NCBI GenBank assembly: GCA_963745035.1
Contig: CAVUVW010000014.1
Location: 704,001 to 768,000, forward strand
Direction of reading: 5' to 3'
From: an uncultured delta proteobacterium
GTDB taxonomy: Bacteria; Desulfobacterota; Binatia; UBA9968
DNA: 64,000 bases
Shown: piece by piece, positions 59,697 to 64,000 of the stretch
Position numbering within the stretch: position 1 is the stretch's first letter
Layout of the letters: each line of letters starts with the position of its first letter
Made by a program: the position numbers and the translations under genes
Notes under the pieces: generated by a model
What the model was told of the DNA's origin: nothing
Database searches by the model: none
What the model saw: only the letters and a program-made list of their open reading frames with translations

Positions 59697-60926
59697 TCAG
59701 CTCTGGTCGTCGGCACCCTGGCGCGCCGGCAAGGTCGGTAGGATCAAAGCCCGATGCCCGCTTTTGGTCAGAATGGAATGGGCGGTTTCCTGCGCGGTCG
59801 CCAGTTCGGTATACGGACCGATGCGCACGCGATATCCCGGCTCACCGCGCTGCAACACGGTTTGCTCGATAAATGCGTGGAAGCCTTTGGCGTTCATCTG
59901 CCGGGAGAAAAGCTCGGCTCGTTCCAACTCGCGGAAGGTGGCGATCTGTAAAATATAGCTGTCGGCAATGTGCGCTTGTCTATTCACCTGCGTGGCATCG
60001 ATCATCGCCGGCGCTTCTTCCATCCGCGGCCGGACCTCCTGCTCCATCGTCGGGTTCTTGCCGGTGGCGGGGCTCGTTTTCAAGCTGTCATAGTGATCGA
60101 AGCCGTATTCCAGAAGCCGCTTGGTATCGCCCCACTGGTCGCGCGCGCCGAGGATCGCGATAATCAGAGTCGCGCCGTTGCGTTGCACGGCGCCGACGAA
60201 GCACTTTTGCGCTGCAAAAGTGTAACCGGTCTTGCCGCCGAGCGCTCCGTCGTATCCCCATAACAACCGATTGTGATTGCGCACCGAGATGCGCCGCGGC
60301 ACGGCCTTTTTGCGCACGAACGCGGTCGTGCTCACGGAGCTGAACTTGGTTTGGACGATGTCGCGAAAAGTCGCGTTGTTCATCGCATAGCGAAAAAGGA
60401 TCGCGAGATCTCGAGCGGTCGAGTAGTGGTCGGGCGCGGTTAAGCCATGGGGATTGGTGAAGTGGGTATTGGTGGCACCGAGCTGGTGCGCTTTTTTCGT
60501 CATCTGTTCGGTAAATCGCTGCACGGAGCCGCCGATCCCTTCGGCGAGCACCAGGCTGGCATCGTTCGCCGAGGCCAGCATGATGCCGTAGAGCAATTCC
60601 TCGATGGAGAGCGACTGTCCGGCGCGCAAATACAGCTTGGACGCCGGCACCCGCGTCGCTTCTTTCGAAACCGTCAGTTTTTGGCTGAGACTTCGACCGC
60701 TTTCGAGAGCCAGGATGGCGGTAGCGACTTTGGTCGTGCTGGCGGGCGGCAAACGCAGATCGGGTTCTTTCTGATAGAGAATCTTGCCCGTGGCCGCATC
60801 CATGAGAACCGCGGCGCGCGCCGTAAGGTCCTCATCAGGAGCAAACGCCAAAGCACGATTGACGGAAGCCGAAATGACAAGCAGGGCTAGGATCAAACCA
60901 GCCGAAAGCAGTTTCTGAAGTCTCAG
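59697..60926 (-). CDS. D-alanyl-D-alanine carboxypeptidase (S11) with SPOR domain (start uncertain)
   Basis: Motifs ASTTK, SAND, NPHGL and GKTG, then a C-terminal SPOR (YILQIATF..YRVRIGPY). Confidence 0.9.
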   Translation of the reverse strand: MRLQKLLSAGLILALLVISASVNRALAFAPDEDLTARAAVLMDAATGKILYQKEPDLRLPPASTTKVATAILALESGRSLSQKLTVSKEATRVPASKLYLRAGQSLSIEELLYGIMLASANDASLVLAEGIGGSVQRFTEQMTKKAHQLGATNTHFTNPHGLTAPDHYSTARDLAILFRYAMNNATFRDIVQTKFSSVSTTAFVRKKAVPRRISVRNHNRLLWGYDGALGGKTGYTFAAQKCFVGAVQRNGATLIIAILGARDQWGDTKRLLEYGFDHYDSLKTSPATGKNPTMEQEVRPRMEEAPAMIDATQVNRQAHIADSYILQIATFRELERAELFSRQMNAKGFHAFIEQTVLQRGEPGYRVRIGPYTELATAQETAHSILTKSGHRALILPTLPARQGADDQS

Positions 60927-61316
60927 TGTTGCCGTCCTCCCGCCGCGTGATAAAAAGCTCGTTGACCCTGTCGCAAGGATTTGCGAGTAAATAAAACCAG
61001 ATTCTATCTCGTTTCTTGTAACTTGAAAAGGAAAATTTCCGCAATATTTCCGGAATCCGGGATTCACCACCTTAATGACTCGACCGGCAAGGTTAGTAGA
61101 CGAATTCTCTAGCCGCAAATGAACCCAAAGCAGCATGGCCGTCGCGGAGAGGTGTGAAAGGATTTTGCGGCCGGCTCCGTTGAGTGTCTTCACGACTTCC
61201 GGCTGTGCCCGCGGAACTTAAGCCAAGTCCGACTTAGGGAATCCGGGATGAGTCAGGGGAAAGCTGGAGCACCCGTTCCCGGCTTCAGCCATCCGCGTGC
61301 TGTGACTGCGGCGAGA

Positions 61317-61856
61317 TCAGTTCACGATCTTGATCTGTTTGGGATGTTCAAGAATCACTTCCAGGCCGTACTGCGGGTGATCTTTGACCACGCCGACGAT
61401 TTCCACTTCGCGGTTTTCGAATTGTTTGGGCGGCTGTTTGCCTTTCTCGAAGAGCTCCACCGATGAATTGAAGATCACCGCGGTCAGGGCCTCGCGCGAC
61501 GGTCCGAAGTTGATGAAGTAGGTATTGCTCTTGGCTGAGTGGCCGACACGGAAAACCCGTCCGCGGATGCGCGCCTGCTGCCCGACGTACGAGCGGATCT
61601 TCTCCACGTCGCGCGACACGATGGGGACGAGCTCCGCGGCGCTTGCCTCCGCCATCGGGTTCGGCGGCGAGGGCACGAAAGTTACCCGGAAACTCGGCGC
61701 ATCGACTGCGGGTGAAGAAGTGCTTTCCGTGACTGGCGGTGAATCCTGAATTGCGGGGATAACGGGATTCCACCGCTGGTAGAGCACGTGGGTCATAAAA
61801 CCCGCGCCGAAGGCGAGCACGACCAGAGACAGAATCCCTCCGGATGATCGGGTCAC
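61317..61856 (-). CDS. Membrane-anchored OB-fold protein
   Basis: N-terminal TM helix and Pro-rich linker, then YVGQQARIRGRV..TYFINFG..AVIF..EVEIVGVV; GTGA overlap with the upstream gene. Confidence 0.72.
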   Translation of the reverse strand: MTRSSGGILSLVVLAFGAGFMTHVLYQRWNPVIPAIQDSPPVTESTSSPAVDAPSFRVTFVPSPPNPMAEASAAELVPIVSRDVEKIRSYVGQQARIRGRVFRVGHSAKSNTYFINFGPSREALTAVIFNSSVELFEKGKQPPKQFENREVEIVGVVKDHPQYGLEVILEHPKQIKIVN

Positions 61857-62395
61857 GCCTTGCGCTCCCAGAGACGAACGAAAGTCTTGCGATACTCCTC
61901 GGCAAGCGGATTCGCGTCGCGAAACATCAGCAGGTTTTCATCGTTGCGGTTCTCTGCCGAATGGGTCCAGTTGTAGGAGCCGGTGAAGACTACACGACGA
62001 TCGATTACGGCGAACTTCTGGTGCATCAATCCAGCGTCCTTCTCGCCGGCTTTCGTGACGGCTCCGGTGATCCGGCGCACGGGAATTTTCTGCCCTTCGA
62101 GAAATTTCCCCTTGGAGTTGTCGTTGGCGCGATCGAATTCCCGGTCGACGATCACCTGCACGGTAACGCCTCGTTTCCGTGCTTGCACCAATGCGGCGGC
62201 CAAGTCGTCGCTGGTAAAGGCATAAACCGCGACCAAGAGCTCCTGTTTCGCCGATTCGATTTCCCGGAGAATGTGCGCCGAGCATTTCCCCTGCGGACTG
62301 AAGCAGGTCTGGACCATCATCTCCGCGCCCGCGGCAAAATCGAGCGGCATGACGCTCAACAAAACCAGGCTCGTCGCGATAGCGGTTCGCTTCAT
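61853..62395 (-). CDS. Secreted PLD-family nuclease (Nuc-like, single HKD motif)
   Basis: Signal peptide, then FSP, VAVYAFT, HQKFAVID, TGSYNWT and NDEN. Confidence 0.88.
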   Translation of the reverse strand: MKRTAIATSLVLLSVMPLDFAAGAEMMVQTCFSPQGKCSAHILREIESAKQELLVAVYAFTSDDLAAALVQARKRGVTVQVIVDREFDRANDNSKGKFLEGQKIPVRRITGAVTKAGEKDAGLMHQKFAVIDRRVVFTGSYNWTHSAENRNDENLLMFRDANPLAEEYRKTFVRLWERKA

Positions 62396-63756
62396 ACTCT
62401 GGCACGCTCCCGCCGGGAACCCTCTCTGGCCGCGCCGCCGAGGCACATATCCAGGAAGAGTTTTTCCAGGACGAGCCGCGGTTGGCTGGCGCTCGATTTC
62501 AGGCGCAGATCCGCGTCGAACAAACTCTGCATGAAGGAACTCAGTTCGCCGAGAGAAAAACGTTCAGCGCGTTGAAAGCACATGTAATCACCGAATGGAT
62601 TGCGCCCTCCAAGCGGCGAGCCGCCCTCCGTCAATACGGTTTGCTGAAACTGTTGGTAGGTCATGCCGCGGCGCCAAATTTTCGCCAGGTCACCGGCCAG
62701 CAGTTGACGCGCCGCCAGCAAGCGGCGCGCCTCGGCCACGACGGTTCCGAGAATTTTCAGCGGGTGCTCACCTTGGGCGATCAAGCGCGCCAGTTGACCG
62801 AGGGCGGCAAGGGCATCGCGCTCGCCGAGCGCGCGCGTAAGGTCAAAGATCCAGCCTTCACCGCGGTCGGCAAACATCCGGTCTACATCTTCGGCGCGGA
62901 TGGTGGCGCGGTCGCCGACGGAAAGCAGCAGCTTTTCCAGCTCCTGTTGCAGGCCGCGCAGGTCATCGCCGGCTCTGACGAGAATCATTTCGCGCGCCTG
63001 CGGGTCTAGGTTTTTTCCTGCTTGGCGCAGCCGGCGGCCGATGAACTCCAGCAAAGTATCCCGCGCGATCCTGCCTTTGGCGTCGCGCTCCAAAGCGAGA
63101 TGAAGCACCGCTCCGAGATCTTCGAAGCGCTTGAAGAGCCGCGTGCGGCGATCGACCTGGGCGGCGGTAAGCAAGAGAAAACTCCACTCGGGAAGCCCCT
63201 GGTCCAACAGCGCGCCGAGCCGATTAGCCTCGGCGCCTTTGCGCTTGGCGAAGTCCAGCGAACGGCTCTTGCAGTAGGCGAGCAACGCCAGCGCTGCATC
63301 CTGGTCTTCCCCGCCCTCGGCCCCAAGCACGGTCAATAACGGCGCCGCGCCGTCCAGCCCGTCCCAGCTCTCTTGAGTCCAGCCTTCGACCACCAACAAG
63401 TCGAGGAGCGTCTTGGCGGCATCGTCGCGCTTGCCGTCGCGCCAGAGATCCAGCGCCTTTTCGCCCAACTCGCCGCTCTGCTCGCGGGCGTAAAAATACG
63501 GCGCGCCATCCACCCACAAAAGCTTTTTTCCCGGAAAAAAGGGCGGCGTCATCAACGAAGCTTCGATTTGCTCCCAGGCGGCCGAGCGGCCATCGAAGCG
63601 CTCGAAATTGAAGCCGCGCTGATCCGCTGGCACGAGCCGGTCGAGTATGGCGCTCCGGCTCTCCGCGACCCGCAAGTCGTCGCCAAAAACGAGTAGAATT
63701 TGCGGCCCTTGGCCCGCCGAGAGATCGGTGAGAATGGTTTTTAGATCACGTTTCAC
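62392..63756 (-). CDS. holA: DNA polymerase III subunit delta
   Basis: LLVFGDD, FNFERFDG, PPFFPGKK, ELEKL, IFDLT and ADLRLKSS, with an internal insertion. Confidence 0.85.
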   Translation of the reverse strand: MKRDLKTILTDLSAGQGPQILLVFGDDLRVAESRSAILDRLVPADQRGFNFERFDGRSAAWEQIEASLMTPPFFPGKKLLWVDGAPYFYAREQSGELGEKALDLWRDGKRDDAAKTLLDLLVVEGWTQESWDGLDGAAPLLTVLGAEGGEDQDAALALLAYCKSRSLDFAKRKGAEANRLGALLDQGLPEWSFLLLTAAQVDRRTRLFKRFEDLGAVLHLALERDAKGRIARDTLLEFIGRRLRQAGKNLDPQAREMILVRAGDDLRGLQQELEKLLLSVGDRATIRAEDVDRMFADRGEGWIFDLTRALGERDALAALGQLARLIAQGEHPLKILGTVVAEARRLLAARQLLAGDLAKIWRRGMTYQQFQQTVLTEGGSPLGGRNPFGDYMCFQRAERFSLGELSSFMQSLFDADLRLKSSASQPRLVLEKLFLDMCLGGAAREGSRRERARV

Positions 63757-63824
63757 GGTGGAAGAATGGCTTTGGCATTGCTATTTGGAAGAAGTCCACG
63801 GCGCCGGGAGCAAGACGATGCATG

Positions 63825-64000
63825 TTAGTGCTTTGGCACCCACATCTGGTTCTTTTCACTCCAGGCGTAATCCGACCGCCAGACTTTGAGGCCGATGGTA
63901 TATTTGCCTCCCGATTTGGTGACAAAAATCCGCTCCGTTGAATGTGGAATCTCGGTCCGAGCGATGATCATGACTTTTTTCGAGATCCCTTTGTTGATGA
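63825..64000 (-). CDS. Hypothetical protein, 3' end only
   Basis: Open frame from the window edge reading INKGISKKVMII..MWVPKH-stop. Confidence 0.45.
   Translation of the reverse strand, partial: INKGISKKVMIIARTEIPHSTERIFVTKSGGKYTIGLKVWRSDYAWSEKNQMWVPKH

Noticed and set aside
60930-61316. ncRNA or riboswitch in the 390-nt gap upstream of the carboxypeptidase
   Set aside because: Only short hairpins and a CGGAAAT direct repeat are present; no recognisable family.

Overview
This is a GC-rich, gene-dense bacterial chromosomal segment. I saw no rRNA, tRNA, CRISPR array, integrase or transposase. The gene families resemble those of uncultured deltaproteobacteria-like lineages such as Candidatus Binatia (inference only). 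Positions 1-12.5 kb hold a cobamide uptake and remodelling operon: tonB, a cobalamin riboswitch, btuB, a DUF4430-like gene, cobQ, cbiZ, cbiB, cobD, cobU, cobT, cobS and btuFCD. Positions 12.5-16.5 kb hold an SDR, an enoyl-CoA hydratase and two acyl-CoA dehydrogenases. Positions 16.6-43.8 kb are mostly housekeeping: five proteases, ychF, ribBX, panE, a diheme cytochrome c, MoxR, mltG, glgP and a NUDIX hydrolase, plus two paralogues of an uncharacterised family. At 43.9-46.1 kb an orphan Flp pilin with a sigma54-type promoter sits between two paralogous putative exported Zn peptidases. Next come a PaoABC-like molybdoenzyme and a stand-alone DnaB-like ATPase. At 51-59 kb a MarR-led cluster joins a DHAP-shunt-like trio (nucleoside phosphorylase, MtnA-like isomerase, class II aldolase fused to an SCP2-like domain) to a CCG Fe-S oxidoreductase, an acyl-CoA ligase and a PPTase; this is my best candidate for an undescribed pathway. 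The window ends with a SPOR-domain DD-carboxypeptidase and a coupled holA / PLD nuclease / OB-fold operon. About 14 genes carry frameshifts, clustered at 0.6-20 kb and 53-58 kb. These are most likely sequencing indels, so the affected gene boundaries were stitched by hand and are approximate.
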